From assembly GCA_963782915.1 (NCBI GenBank), contig CAWALK010000012.1:32001-96000 (forward strand): DNA of 64,000 nt. Direction: 5' to 3'. Below the pieces are notes generated by a model, which saw nothing but the letters and a program-made list of their open reading frames with translations, did not search any database and was not told the origin of the DNA. Below are positions 9,820 through 20,188 of this stretch, in pieces. The first letter of the stretch is position 1, and every line of letters begins with the position of its first letter. The position numbers and the translations under genes are program-made. This DNA comes from an uncultured archaeon (GTDB taxonomy: Archaea; Thermoproteota; Bathyarchaeia; Bathyarchaeales; Bathycorpusculaceae).

Positions 9820-10182
9820 TTACTCATGTGCACCCTTGGTTTTTTGCTCTATAATAGCCAACAACTCCTGAGGCTTTACAGGTTTCAATAAGTACGCATC
9901 CGCCAATTCAGCACTATTGGACACACTCACAATAGAACTTGTGAGGACTATCCTCGCCGTTTCGTTATCCCTTTCCTTTAGCTTCTCAAGAAAGCCTAAG
10001 CCCTCAGTGTCGGATAGGCAGAAATCAACCAACGCCACATCATAATGATTCAAACCCATCTTCTGCAATGCCTCCTCTCCGCTATGCGCAACATCCGCAC
10101 TGTAACCGTTCCTCTCCAAAATCCGTTCAAACGTCCGCGTAATGCCGGCATCAGCATCGATAATCAACACTACTTTACCCAA
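9820..10182 (-). CDS. Single-domain response regulator receiver
   Basis: VLIIDAD, DVALVDF (phospho-Asp), VLTS, YLLKPV. Confidence 0.85.
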   Translation of the reverse strand: MGKVVLIIDADAGITRTFERILERNGYSADVAHSGEEALQKMGLNHYDVALVDFCLSDTEGLGFLEKLKERDNETARIVLTSSIVSVSNSAELADAYLLKPVKPQELLAIIEQKTKGAHE

Positions 10183-10327
10183 CCTTACTCCTCCTCGAGT
10201 TACCGATTAGTTGATTCTTCTCCAATCTCTCAATAAAGCTCAAAGATATAAAGCACTATTATTGAACTTGAATACTCTACAAGAACCAATATATTCCCCG
10301 AAACCCAACAAAAAACAAGCAACACGT

Positions 10328-10403
10328 GCGGCTGTAGTCTAGCTCGGTAGGACTCCAGCTTCCCAAGCTGGCTACCCGGGTTCAAATCCCGGCAACCGCA
10401 CCA
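10328..10403 (+). tRNA. tRNA-Gly(CCC), CCA encoded, no intron
   Basis: GCGGCTG...CAACCGC-A-CCA; anticodon arm CCAGC-TTCCCAA-GCTGG; T-arm CCGGG-TTCAAAT-CCCGG. Confidence 0.93.
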
Positions 10404-10501
10404 ACTCTAATTTTCACTTTCGTTTCAGGGTATATTTTATATTACGAATCAGCGCTAATGCGTTTACAATAAACAAGAAATTCAGGGGAAACGAAAGCAA
10501 A

Positions 10502-11818
10502 ATGAAAAAAACAAGAAAATTAGCAATTTTACTATTAATCAGTCTCCTATGCTTAGGAGTAACAACACAACTGTCTCAAGGGGCAACCACAGGCATATGG
10601 ACCTACGGTGAAAGCCAATACGACGGCGCAATATGCAACATTGGAATCATGGATGGCGGTCACATCATAGTCGGTAGCACAGAAGGCTACGGTGCAGTCG
10701 GTGAAGATTTATGGATGTTCAAAGTCAACAGCGACGGAGCAGTAGCTTGGAATAAGCACTATGGTGGAGCAGGCAACGAATCCGGATTCAACGTAATCGG
10801 AACAAGTGACGGCGGCTACGCGGTGGTAGGTGCCACCACCTCCTACGGAGCAGGAGAAGAGGATATTTGGCTAATAAAAACTGACTCAGAAGGTAACATG
10901 CTATGGAACCAAACCTATGGCGGCGTATACGACGATGAAGGCTGGATGCTACTCCAGACCTCTGACGGCGGCTACCTCGTAACAGGGTTAACCTGCACCT
11001 CAGAAGGCATAGCTGACGGTTGGCTACTAAAAGTCGACTCATCCGGTAACCTGCAATGGCAGAAAACCTATGGCGGAAATGGTGACGACGGTTTGTACGG
11101 CATAACAAAAACCTCTGAAGGCGGATATGTCCTGGCTGGCTTCACAAACAGCACCGGCGCAGGCAAATACGATGCTTGGGTCATAAAAGTCGATTCCGCA
11201 GGCACTCAGCAATGGGCCAAAACCTACGGCGGAGCAGACGTAGATGTAGCCTATCAGGCCTTTGAAACCACTGGCACCGATTATGTAATCGACGGCATAA
11301 CCCACTCTTTCGGTGCAGGCGAAGCCGACATATGGCTATTTATGACTGACGCAATGGGCGGCATGATGTGGAACTACACCTACGGCGGACCACAAGACGA
11401 CAGCGGCTGGTACGGCGTCAAAACACCCGACGGCTACGCATTAGGCGGCTACACATACTCTTACGGCACAAACGGTAACGCTGCGGCGTGGCTGGTTAAA
11501 GTCGATGTAAACGGCATGACAATGTGGAACAAAACCTACGGCGCAGACAAAGACTACTACGGATGGGCTGTAACACAAACCGCTGAGGGCGGCTACGCAA
11601 TATCTGGCGAAGTAGAATCTGCGGATTCATCGACGTGCCATGCGTTCCTTATTGTTACCGACGCATCAGGCGTTGCAGCAATCGAGAATGGCCCAATGGC
11701 TGGGGGAATTCCGTTTTGGATAATCGGCGCAATCATCGCAATAATAATAGTGGTATTATTGGCTGCTGTTGTTGTGCTGATGAGAAGAAAAAAGAAACAG
11801 CCTCAGCCTCAACCATAA
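10502..11818 (+). CDS. Secreted, membrane-anchored beta-propeller repeat protein
   Basis: Signal peptide; about 7 repeats W.KTYGG...D...TSDGGY..G.T.S.G.G..D.WL.K.D..G; C-terminal TM followed by RRKKK. Confidence 0.8.
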   Translation: MKKTRKLAILLLISLLCLGVTTQLSQGATTGIWTYGESQYDGAICNIGIMDGGHIIVGSTEGYGAVGEDLWMFKVNSDGAVAWNKHYGGAGNESGFNVIGTSDGGYAVVGATTSYGAGEEDIWLIKTDSEGNMLWNQTYGGVYDDEGWMLLQTSDGGYLVTGLTCTSEGIADGWLLKVDSSGNLQWQKTYGGNGDDGLYGITKTSEGGYVLAGFTNSTGAGKYDAWVIKVDSAGTQQWAKTYGGADVDVAYQAFETTGTDYVIDGITHSFGAGEADIWLFMTDAMGGMMWNYTYGGPQDDSGWYGVKTPDGYALGGYTYSYGTNGNAAAWLVKVDVNGMTMWNKTYGADKDYYGWAVTQTAEGGYAISGEVESADSSTCHAFLIVTDASGVAAIENGPMAGGIPFWIIGAIIAIIIVVLLAAVVVLMRRKKKQPQPQP

Positions 11819-11844
11819 TCTTTCTTTCTTTTTCTTTTTATTTT

Positions 11845-12067
11845 TTACTGTTTTTGTCCGCATTCAGGGCAAAAATGCGCTGCTTCAGGAATTCGGTTCT
11901 TGCATTTTGGACAGATTTTTAGAATAATCTGCGGCGGTTTGAGTGCTGTGCCACAGTAGTTGCAATAGTTAGAAACTGCGGTTACCTGTGAGCCACATTT
12001 TGGGCAAATTATGTATTCGGTGTATGTTGGGACTGGAATTAGGATTGATGCAGAAAGAATTAGGCAT
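11845..12067 (-). CDS. Double zinc-ribbon protein (absent from ORF track; one extra base near the start)
   Basis: Manual translation ...YIICPKCGSQVTAVSNYCNYCGTALKPPQIILKICPKCKNRIPEAAHFCPECGQKQ*; ATG at 12067 is out of frame by 1 nt. Confidence 0.7.
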
Positions 12068-12167
12068 CACCACATAAAATAGTGATAATGATGTCTTTAA
12101 CTTTTTAGCTCTGTTAAAACAGCAAAAGTTCATTTTCAAGCAGTCCCAAGTGACTAGTGAGGATGTA

Positions 12168-12881
12168 ATGAGCGAATTTTTAAAAATCATCCAACACCGC
12201 CAATCCGCCCGCATACCCTTCGACCCAAACCATCCGATACCAAAAGACCACTTAAAACTCATCTTAGAAGCCGCAAAATGGACCCCAACCGCCCACAACA
12301 TGCAAAACTACGAAATCATAGTAATCGACGACAAAGCCGTCCTTGAAGAAATCGGAAAAATCAAGCAGCACATCTCAGAAGAATTCCTCCGCGAAAACTA
12401 TGAACAACTCTCCTTCACAAAAGAGGAACTGTCAGAGAAGAAAACTGGAATTTTAGCATCTGGTTTTCCTCCAGCTTGGGTTGACCCAGCCAAAATCCCT
12501 CAAGTCGCCGCAGAAGCCGCATCTATACCGCTTACCCAATCCGTCAGGGGCAGCCCAACCCTGCTATTGGTCCTATATGATTCCCGCAAAAGAGCCCCTG
12601 CATCAGGCGGCGACGTTTTAGGCTTCATAAGTTTAGGGTGCCTTATGGAAAACATTTGGCTCATGGCTCAATCTTTGGGCGTTAGCATGCAGATTCTGAG
12701 CTCATTTGCCACTGCACCCGTTGAGACTGAACTAAAACAGCTACTAAATGCACCTGAATTCCTAAAAATTGCTTACGCATGCCGCTTAGGATACCCAACA
12801 GCAGCAACCAAAAGCTTCAGGGTCCGCCGCAACATAGAAGACTTCACCCATCACAACAAGTTCGGCACCAAAGGCATCTAA
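12168..12881 (+). CDS. Nitroreductase-family protein
   Basis: IQHRQSAR, ILEAAKWTPTAHNMQ, MENIWLMAQSLG, LGYP. Confidence 0.9.
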   Translation: MSEFLKIIQHRQSARIPFDPNHPIPKDHLKLILEAAKWTPTAHNMQNYEIIVIDDKAVLEEIGKIKQHISEEFLRENYEQLSFTKEELSEKKTGILASGFPPAWVDPAKIPQVAAEAASIPLTQSVRGSPTLLLVLYDSRKRAPASGGDVLGFISLGCLMENIWLMAQSLGVSMQILSSFATAPVETELKQLLNAPEFLKIAYACRLGYPTAATKSFRVRRNIEDFTHHNKFGTKGI

Positions 12882-12949
12882 TCCGTTGCTGATTCTCTCC
12901 AATCACAAAGTATTATTATCCTTTTGCAGATTGTTGTTTTGGTGAATTT

Positions 12950-13180
12950 TTGGGTAATATAGTTCCAGACAATCAAGAAAACGTACAGCTTTGCATATGC
13001 CCTTCTTGTCAAACATACACGAAATCGAAGTTAACGGATACTCTTTTTTGTGCTAGGGGTAAAGCGAAAGAAAAAGCCAAATCCGATGGTTGCACTTGCC
13101 CCACTTGCCCAGTCTGGAAAAATGATTCGCTAAACCAAATGTATTACTGTATCCAGGGCAAATCCACAGATATTAAGTGA
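12950..13180 (+). CDS. Small Cys-rich protein, DUF2769-like
   Basis: CICPSCQTY, LFCARGK, CTCPTCPV, YYC. Confidence 0.75.
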   Translation: MGNIVPDNQENVQLCICPSCQTYTKSKLTDTLFCARGKAKEKAKSDGCTCPTCPVWKNDSLNQMYYCIQGKSTDIK

Positions 13181-13188
13181 TAACTTGC

Positions 13189-14181
13189 CTATTTTTTCTG
13201 TGTTTGTTTCTTGTAGACGACAGCCAACACGATGACAGCTAACATTATGGCTATTAGGATTTGGATTGCTGGGAATTCTGGTGCTGTTGGCGTCTGGGAA
13301 GGCGTAATAGTGGGTGATGTTGCAGGCGTTGGCGCCGCAGTGGGACTGGCGGTTGGAGTTGGCGTTACTGCAGGGCTTACTGCCGAAGTAGGCGTTGGTG
13401 CAGGCGATGAGTCCATATAGAGCGTATGCAAAACATCCGCAACGGCATTCACAGCCAGATTCAGCGATTCCCCACAACGGTCCTTAAAACTGCGACTGCT
13501 CCAATCGTAATTGGCATTCATCCAAGTACATGTTAAGGAGCCGCTATCCCCAAAAGTGGTGTTGTAAGCAATATTTTTCGCCGCGTCAAATGCGGAACCA
13601 GTGGTTAGGCTGCCGTCGAAATGCAAGTACACATCAAAGCTTGAATCATACATATCGGTTTTATCGGTTACGTAGTTTTCATAGTTTGAATGTGTATTGT
13701 CGCCTTCTGCACCCCAATCGGTGTTCACACCCATAACATGCCCAAACACTGCTACATCTGCAATGTAGTGGGTCATTGTTCCAGCAGTTCTTGAGGCGTT
13801 CACGAAGTCATTGGCTTTTAGAAACGCCAAGGCTTTGCCATATTCGGTTTGGGCTCGCTGTGCAGAAGCATTATCCATCAAGACGCCTGCAGCCGAGTAG
13901 TAAACATGGTGTTTTGTGGTGTCGCCGATGCCGCCTTGAGTGGTTGGGAGATCGGGCAATTCTGTGCCATAGAGGTAAGTTGCTAAATTGCCGGTGATGT
14001 ACTGTTTTTCCTCTGCTGGGAGGTAATCGAGGGCGTGCTGGGCTATCCAGTCATGGGTTCCATAGTCGGGGTGGGTTGTGTCTGCTGAGTAGCCGCCGTT
14101 GCTCCAGCACAATGCAGGCGACAGACTGGCTAAGAGAGCTGCTGTCAAAAGGATTGGTAGAATAATTCTAGTGATCTTCAA
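13189..14181 (-). CDS. Zinc-dependent phospholipase C / P1-nuclease-fold protein with PEF-CTERM-like anchor
   Basis: Signal peptide then W-S-N-G...GTHDWIA, PD, HH, HYIAD...H, H..YE Zn ligands; PT-rich linker; PEFP-TM-KK tail. Confidence 0.8.
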   Translation of the reverse strand: MKITRIILPILLTAALLASLSPALCWSNGGYSADTTHPDYGTHDWIAQHALDYLPAEEKQYITGNLATYLYGTELPDLPTTQGGIGDTTKHHVYYSAAGVLMDNASAQRAQTEYGKALAFLKANDFVNASRTAGTMTHYIADVAVFGHVMGVNTDWGAEGDNTHSNYENYVTDKTDMYDSSFDVYLHFDGSLTTGSAFDAAKNIAYNTTFGDSGSLTCTWMNANYDWSSRSFKDRCGESLNLAVNAVADVLHTLYMDSSPAPTPTSAVSPAVTPTPTASPTAAPTPATSPTITPSQTPTAPEFPAIQILIAIMLAVIVLAVVYKKQTQKK

Positions 14182-14334
14182 CTGTTTGCTTCACTCAGAC
14201 CCTGCCTATGCCTTTGACCGCTTAAATGCTTTATCAATCAAGCCCCCGCTATGTTACCCGCACATCACTGCTACAAACAACCATTAGCAAACAATTTTTT
14301 ACCTTGAAACCCTTAACATAAACTGGGAATACCA

Positions 14335-14697
14335 ATGACTGTTTTTCTTGTAAGAACCTACGTTGTTAAACCAGACAAACTCAGTGAACACAATGCTTGG
14401 GGCAAAAAGCTGGTGTCTTCGATGAAGAAGCAGCCGAACCTGTTTAGGGGTGTTAAGTCGCTTAGGGTTTTAAGCCACAAATATGGCGGATGTGTCGGCG
14501 GGTTTACGGCTATGTGGAAATTTGAGAGTTTAGCCGAGGCTGAATCGTGGGAGAACGGTTTTGTTGAGGTTGTGGGGCAGCCTAATTTGCGTTCTGAATT
14601 TATGGATTTGATTGTGCCGGGGTCGTATTCTGAAGTTATCTGGGAACCGGTGAGAACTATTAATCGTAAATCCAAAAAACAACGCTGTCTCCCATAG
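14335..14697 (+). CDS. Hypothetical protein, possible dimeric alpha-beta barrel (NIPSNAP-like)
   Basis: RTYVVKPDK, WKFESLAEAE pattern. Confidence 0.5.
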   Translation: MTVFLVRTYVVKPDKLSEHNAWGKKLVSSMKKQPNLFRGVKSLRVLSHKYGGCVGGFTAMWKFESLAEAESWENGFVEVVGQPNLRSEFMDLIVPGSYSEVIWEPVRTINRKSKKQRCLP

Positions 14698-14824
14698 CTG
14701 ATCCGCTATCTTGGAATCGCACGGGTGGCAAACGTGCACTAAGCACAAGCTAAACCCAACAAGCATTGCATTTGCATAGTGAATATTCAATGAATGCCGT
14801 TGTTTCATTGGGGTTAAGCTGCAT

Positions 14825-14870
14825 TTGTTATTCTATATATAAGGGAGGGGGGTCCTCGGCAGAGCAACAA
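14825..14870 (+). repeat. Stem-loop repeat family B
   Basis: TTGTTATTCT-ATATATAAGGGAGGGGGGTCCTCGGC-AGAGCAACAA between convergent genes. Confidence 0.65.
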
Positions 14871-14884
14871 AGCTTAGTACCGCT

Positions 14885-17209
14885 TCATCTTAGGATTTTA
14901 AAAATCACATATCGGTCGTTAGAGTAAACCAACTGCAACAGCTTGCTGTTAATCACCTGAGTATCCAACTCATTCTTGTCATACACAATGAAGCCGATGT
15001 TGTTGGCTGCGATGTAATAACTAAAGTCCCGTGATTTAACCGCAAACTCTGCTGCTTTATAATCGAATAATCCCTGCAGCGCTTCACGGTTAAGTGTGGG
15101 ATAACTGCTCCCTGACAAAGACAACTCCTGATAAGACCTCATAACCGTCTGGTTAGCTGCGATGTCGCCGAAGTTGTATTGGAACCTGACTGCATCAATT
15201 TGGCGATTGCCCAATGCACCGATGTTTCCCCAATCAGGCAAATCCACAAACTTGAACGCAAACCCAATCTGGTTAGTGCCATCGTATACGCCAAGGTAGT
15301 TATCTTTCAAGTTTACACCTGCAAAAGAAGCCACTGCCCACGAATTTTGCTCCCCATAGTTTCCGTTTGCTGTCTTGATGGGTGCAGGTGCATCCCAAGG
15401 ATTAACCCAATCCAACAAACCCGGAATATCCGCTTGTTCAAACTGCCAACGCAAATCAAAATTCGTCGTTAAATACAAACTGGCATCGCTAACTTGACCC
15501 TTAAGCGGAGTCAAAGTCCAAGACACGTCTAAGGGGTAACTGGTGTTTTGGATGGTTATGGTTTTGGTTACTTCTATGTCGTTGTTTGAGAAAACAAACG
15601 TTAAGCTTTTGGGCGAAGTTTGGTTTTGGAAAACGATTTCTTTGCTTAACTCTGAAAGCCGATACTCATGGTTCACGCCGTTTAAGGTGTAGTTGAGGGC
15701 GTCGCCGCTTCCCGAAGTAGATGAAACCCGAGTCCAAATCTCATCTATAGAAACATAGTTCTCATCTAGCGTGTCGCCTTTGGCTTGGTAGGCTTTAAAC
15801 AAAGTTTGTGGGTGCTCCAACTCATAGGATAAAGTCAAAACAGCTTCAGCGATTTCTGTTCGCTGCACCGTCAAATCCGTCTGCGCAATCACATCTTTGC
15901 CCGAGAATTCTTGGAACCAGAACCCAGGAACCTCAGTTGCAACCACCGTGGTATTCTCCGGATAGTGCTCTTTTAGCCAGAGCCCTGCATCCATCGCTTT
16001 CAAATCAGTAGTGGAATAATAAACGCCGGCTTCCATTATTCTGCCGTAAACTATGTCGGAACGGTAAACAACCATCACAGACATAGCAACGATTAAGCAC
16101 ACTACCACGGTTCTGACCCAATTTTTCTTGAAAGCAGATCGATGTTTACCATAAAACGCCCAGACTCTATCGCCGGCGAATACAACAGTGACAGCCGCAA
16201 GAATCGCCAACGGCGCAGTCATGTAATAGATGAACCAACCAAACGGCATATAGAAACCGACTAAGTAGGATTCAGCGAAGAAGAACGGCACAAACAAAGC
16301 CAGTACCAATATGAGCCAATACAGAGGCTTCTTCTGCTTACGCAGCAAATAAAAAGAGATTCCCACACCGGCTAGTCCCAGGAAGAAAATAAACCCATAA
16401 TTAGTCATCAAAGCACTAAAGCCGGCTGCCGGAATCTGGTAAGCATACGTTTTAATCGCAAAAAAAACGTAGAGGATGACTAAGTCAAGGTAGGCGAACA
16501 TAGCTTGGAAATAGTAGAGGAAAAACGCTATACCACCGCCAAAAACTAAGGCGAGGACAACTTTGAGGTTTTTACCCCGCGATTTTATGAGCATAAACAA
16601 AAGAATCGGCGGCATAATGAACGCTGCCAAAAACGCTCCTAACTGGTGACCTAGCACAAGCGAGAAAGCCGCAAAAAACGCGACTACAAGATAACCTAAC
16701 TTATCCACCGCTAAAGGCGTGTACAATAGCACCAAAAGCATAAACGCCAACGCCAAAACCGTTGTGTAACCGCCAAACTGGTTAGCTTCAAACACCGGAA
16801 AACACATCAGCAACAAAACAACTGCTACCATGGCAACTTTTTTGTTAAAAAATCGGCTGGCAACCAAATAAACTGACATGAACAGCAGCCAATCCATAAC
16901 CGCCGTCAGAACTCTCAGAACAACGATGTACTGCCCAATTTCAGCTGCACCGGTGAAAGAGATGATCATGGCAAGGACAATCTGGTACATCGGCGGCGTC
17001 CAACCCAAATTAGCCAAAGAGATTTCGCCTGTGTTTAGGAAAATCTGGGCTTTCTCAAGATGCACCGCTGGGTCATTGCCCAATACTACACCATTCATTG
17101 AGATGACGATGTAGAATGTGGCAAGGATAATCACTGAGAAAACGGTTATGAAGGCTACTTCAATTTTTTTTTCTTTGGGCATTGCGTTTAGCAAGGCGAC
17201 TTTGTTCAC
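14885..17209 (-). CDS. Multi-pass membrane protein, GT-C-like glycosyltransferase
   Basis: LGNDPAVH in first loop, TPPMYQ, about 12 TM segments, large extracellular C-terminal domain ending LVYSNDRYVIFKI. Confidence 0.65.
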   Translation of the reverse strand: MNKVALLNAMPKEKKIEVAFITVFSVIILATFYIVISMNGVVLGNDPAVHLEKAQIFLNTGEISLANLGWTPPMYQIVLAMIISFTGAAEIGQYIVVLRVLTAVMDWLLFMSVYLVASRFFNKKVAMVAVVLLLMCFPVFEANQFGGYTTVLALAFMLLVLLYTPLAVDKLGYLVVAFFAAFSLVLGHQLGAFLAAFIMPPILLFMLIKSRGKNLKVVLALVFGGGIAFFLYYFQAMFAYLDLVILYVFFAIKTYAYQIPAAGFSALMTNYGFIFFLGLAGVGISFYLLRKQKKPLYWLILVLALFVPFFFAESYLVGFYMPFGWFIYYMTAPLAILAAVTVVFAGDRVWAFYGKHRSAFKKNWVRTVVVCLIVAMSVMVVYRSDIVYGRIMEAGVYYSTTDLKAMDAGLWLKEHYPENTTVVATEVPGFWFQEFSGKDVIAQTDLTVQRTEIAEAVLTLSYELEHPQTLFKAYQAKGDTLDENYVSIDEIWTRVSSTSGSGDALNYTLNGVNHEYRLSELSKEIVFQNQTSPKSLTFVFSNNDIEVTKTITIQNTSYPLDVSWTLTPLKGQVSDASLYLTTNFDLRWQFEQADIPGLLDWVNPWDAPAPIKTANGNYGEQNSWAVASFAGVNLKDNYLGVYDGTNQIGFAFKFVDLPDWGNIGALGNRQIDAVRFQYNFGDIAANQTVMRSYQELSLSGSSYPTLNREALQGLFDYKAAEFAVKSRDFSYYIAANNIGFIVYDKNELDTQVINSKLLQLVYSNDRYVIFKILR

Positions 17210-19635
17210 CCTTGATTGAGGTCCCCATTTACCTTGTAGATTGCTACTTCTTCGTTAATAAAGACAAGGCTAAACAAGGGGTCATAGACGGAATTTGTGG
17301 TAAACATCGATTTTCAGTTTTATCTGGGATATCATTTTTACTGCAATCCGCAAAGCAATGTAAGAGATGTCGGCGATTGATCAAGTTCTTGCTGATAATC
17401 AAAGACCGTAAAGCCATGATCTACAGGTATGCAATCCATTGATGTACCTAGGTTGTTTTTAACGATTTCGTCAAGAAATAGTTATCCCTTGCATGTTGAT
17501 TCAACGTAGTAGCTTGGATCATTAGATACTGAGTATGCGCCCATGCAAGCAGCTGAAATTGACGCTTGAGTCTTGCTTTGGGCAAAGAAGTATGTATACA
17601 TCAACTGGTTTTACGGTTGATCACTTACTTTTGAGCGGATGCAATGGTTTCTGGGTACTGTATTGAAAATCAGTTGACCAAATGACTTCATGCCTATATC
17701 CACCAAACCAATGTTCGAATTGTCATCACTATATTACTTGGTGAACCTGTTCGTTTGAATTTCCATGTTAAATCGTCTAAAGTTACGAGAATGCAGGGTT
17801 AGTCAGTACTAATTATTGTCAGTTATTTACAAATCTGTGACACCTCGTAAGTGTGGTTAATAGTGTGTAATTGAAGTCATCATTGCCATGAGTGACGATA
17901 ATGGTGGCAGTGTTGGCTGTCATTTTCCATATGCATATCTATAACTGGAAGGTCTTCAACGGATGACATTAGTTCGGTTGTTATACGCCATTTATTTGGT
18001 ACTCCATATGGCGTAGTTGTTAAAATTGAAGAATGGGTATGGATAGTATGTCCAGTTTTGTTTAACTAAAATCTCTGGGTTATGCCTTAAAGATATCCGC
18101 CGTCTTCCCGAACTTGGATATAATTGTTATCAATTAAATAATCAGTATCCAAGTAATTTACTGGCGAAGGTGGCATTATCCACTTCACGTTTAAGCGGTC
18201 AAATATGCAGGCTCAACAGCACTCAAAGTTGGCCGCTGCGCAAACCCGCCAAACCACCAACCATACCATGCATCAGCAACAAACACCGCATCCTTCAGTT
18301 GTATTCTGTTTAAGCCCACTGCAGCTTCCCAATTTGGGCTATCCATCGTTTGATAGAAGTTCTGGAAGACTGTCCCAACATTGATAAAAGTGGCTGTCAT
18401 AAAAATTGGTAAAGCAACAAAACGAGAAAACAAGAAAATTAACACAAAAATACTGGTAAAGATTCTTCTGTGTCGAAGCAGTTGATATTCGTCTTGAAGC
18501 GTTTATGCAAGTATTTCTCTGTGCGTTGGATTCCTGTTAACCTTTATTTGGTTAACGTCCAGATTGACTGTACCCTGTATCTGTCGATCTCGAGTGCAAA
18601 AGTTTCTGAGCCATAATCAATCAGAACCGCCAATAAACATCAACAATTGGCAGAACCAAGAAGTAAAGAAAACGGTTATAATCAAAGCGGAAACTCAACC
18701 AAGTAGCCTTGAGTAAAAATTAATGACACAAAAACCCAGACTGCAACAGAAAAGTTGGAATCGTGAACCATCTGTTGAAAATATTTTAAAGAGAACAGCG
18801 AAAGCTGGCAACTACACCGAAAAGCGGTAATAACCAACGGCAGATTTAAGGTAAGATGCTTTCCGATGTCGCTGAGCCAGTTGAGCATTAGAACATACTT
18901 ACACTTGAAGATAAGCTGGTATAACTTGAATAAGGAATGGTGAAACCAAGCAACGCACCAATATACAATTGGTAGAATCCAGTAAAGAACATTTTTCTCT
19001 TAGCTCCCATGTTTTTAGGCAAGAGCAAAACAAAGAGAACAGCGGGTGCTAAAATGGCAACAAACATCGCTGCACTCAACGAATGGGTTAGGAAGAATGA
19101 GCCTACCAAAATTGATGTGGAAACAAAAAAGGGCACTTTTGAGAAACGATCTTTTTCTAGATACAGATAGAAAGTTAGGGGAATAAGCAATAAAGTTATG
19201 ACGTTGGGGTATCCTGCCCACAGCAGCATTTCTATATCAAACCGTGAAATAATCGCCAAAAAGGCAACGATATAAGCGGCTGAAGTAGACCATACCCGTT
19301 TCGTTACCAGAAACGCGCATAACACAATGAGTGAAGAGAACAATGAGACAACTGCTGCATGTGCAACATACTCCTGGCAGCCCCGTGAGCATAATTACGC
19401 TTGCAGTAAAGATGTGGTAGCCTGGAAAAGTCAGCGATATCCGCCGCCAATGTGGTAGAAGTTATAAAGAAAATCCACATTAGCCCGAGCCAGTTATCGA
19501 GTAAATAACGCTATTATGCAAGCCTATGTCTGCGCCTGGCGGAAACCCCGCCCAAAGCATCAAAAGCATACGATACACAAACGAGAAAGTGAAAATTAAC
19601 AACAGCACGATGTATGATCTGTTTGCTTTGAGCAT
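17206..19635 (-). pseudogene. Paralogous GT-C-like membrane protein broken by many indels
   Basis: Start MLKANRSY...PPGADIGLH, fragments WAGYPN, VFVADAWYGWWFGGFAQRPT, end DPLFSLVFINEEVAIYKV; its stop overlaps the GTG of the downstream paralog. Confidence 0.7.
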
Positions 19636-19742
19636 TTACTTTCCCGCTTAATATGCCAAGGTTTGAATTATTGGTAAAAGGTTAAATATGAAACTCGAGT
19701 ATAAAAACCCCCAGAGTATCAAAAGGAAAAAAGGTGTTTAAT

Positions 19743-20168
19743 ATGTCTTGGCTTAAATCTATGATGGAAAAAGAACCACCAGAACCAGAGAATCCACTCG
19801 GCATAGTCGTTATCGGTAACATTGAACCAGACATGCACGACACAGCTAAAGAAGCAGTCAGACGCAGTCTAAAACGCGCAGGCTTCAAAACCATTGACGT
19901 CGGAAAAAGCGTTGCACCACAAGTATTCATTGACAAAGTCAAAGAAAACAATGCAAACTTGATCGCAGTCTCAGTTAACACTGTTCCAGCAAAGAACAAC
20001 CTAGCAAAACTAGACGAACTCCTCAAGGCAGCAGGCCTTAAAGACAAAGTCGGCATCATCATGGGCGGCGCAGCCGTTAAAAAAGAAGATGCTGATGCAC
20101 TAGGTGCACTCTTCGGCAAGAACAAAGAAGAAGCTCCAGAACTGGCAAAGAAAGCACTCAAGAAATAA
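19743..20168 (+). CDS. Stand-alone cobalamin-binding (corrinoid) protein
   Basis: IGNIEPDMHDTAK (DxHxxG variant), GFKTIDVG, IAVS, IMGGAA; no N-terminal cap domain. Confidence 0.85.
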   Translation: MSWLKSMMEKEPPEPENPLGIVVIGNIEPDMHDTAKEAVRRSLKRAGFKTIDVGKSVAPQVFIDKVKENNANLIAVSVNTVPAKNNLAKLDELLKAAGLKDKVGIIMGGAAVKKEDADALGALFGKNKEEAPELAKKALKK

Positions 20169-20188
20169 GTCCATCAGAAGTGGAAGTA

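Noticed and set aside
10328-10403. tRNA as integration site of an island or provirus
   Set aside because: No duplicate of the tRNA 3' end and no integrase seen in the window.
14825-14870. G-string motif as an ORB / replication origin
   Set aside because: Lacks the TCCA..GAAA ORB core, copies are scattered, and there is no cdc6/orc1 nearby.
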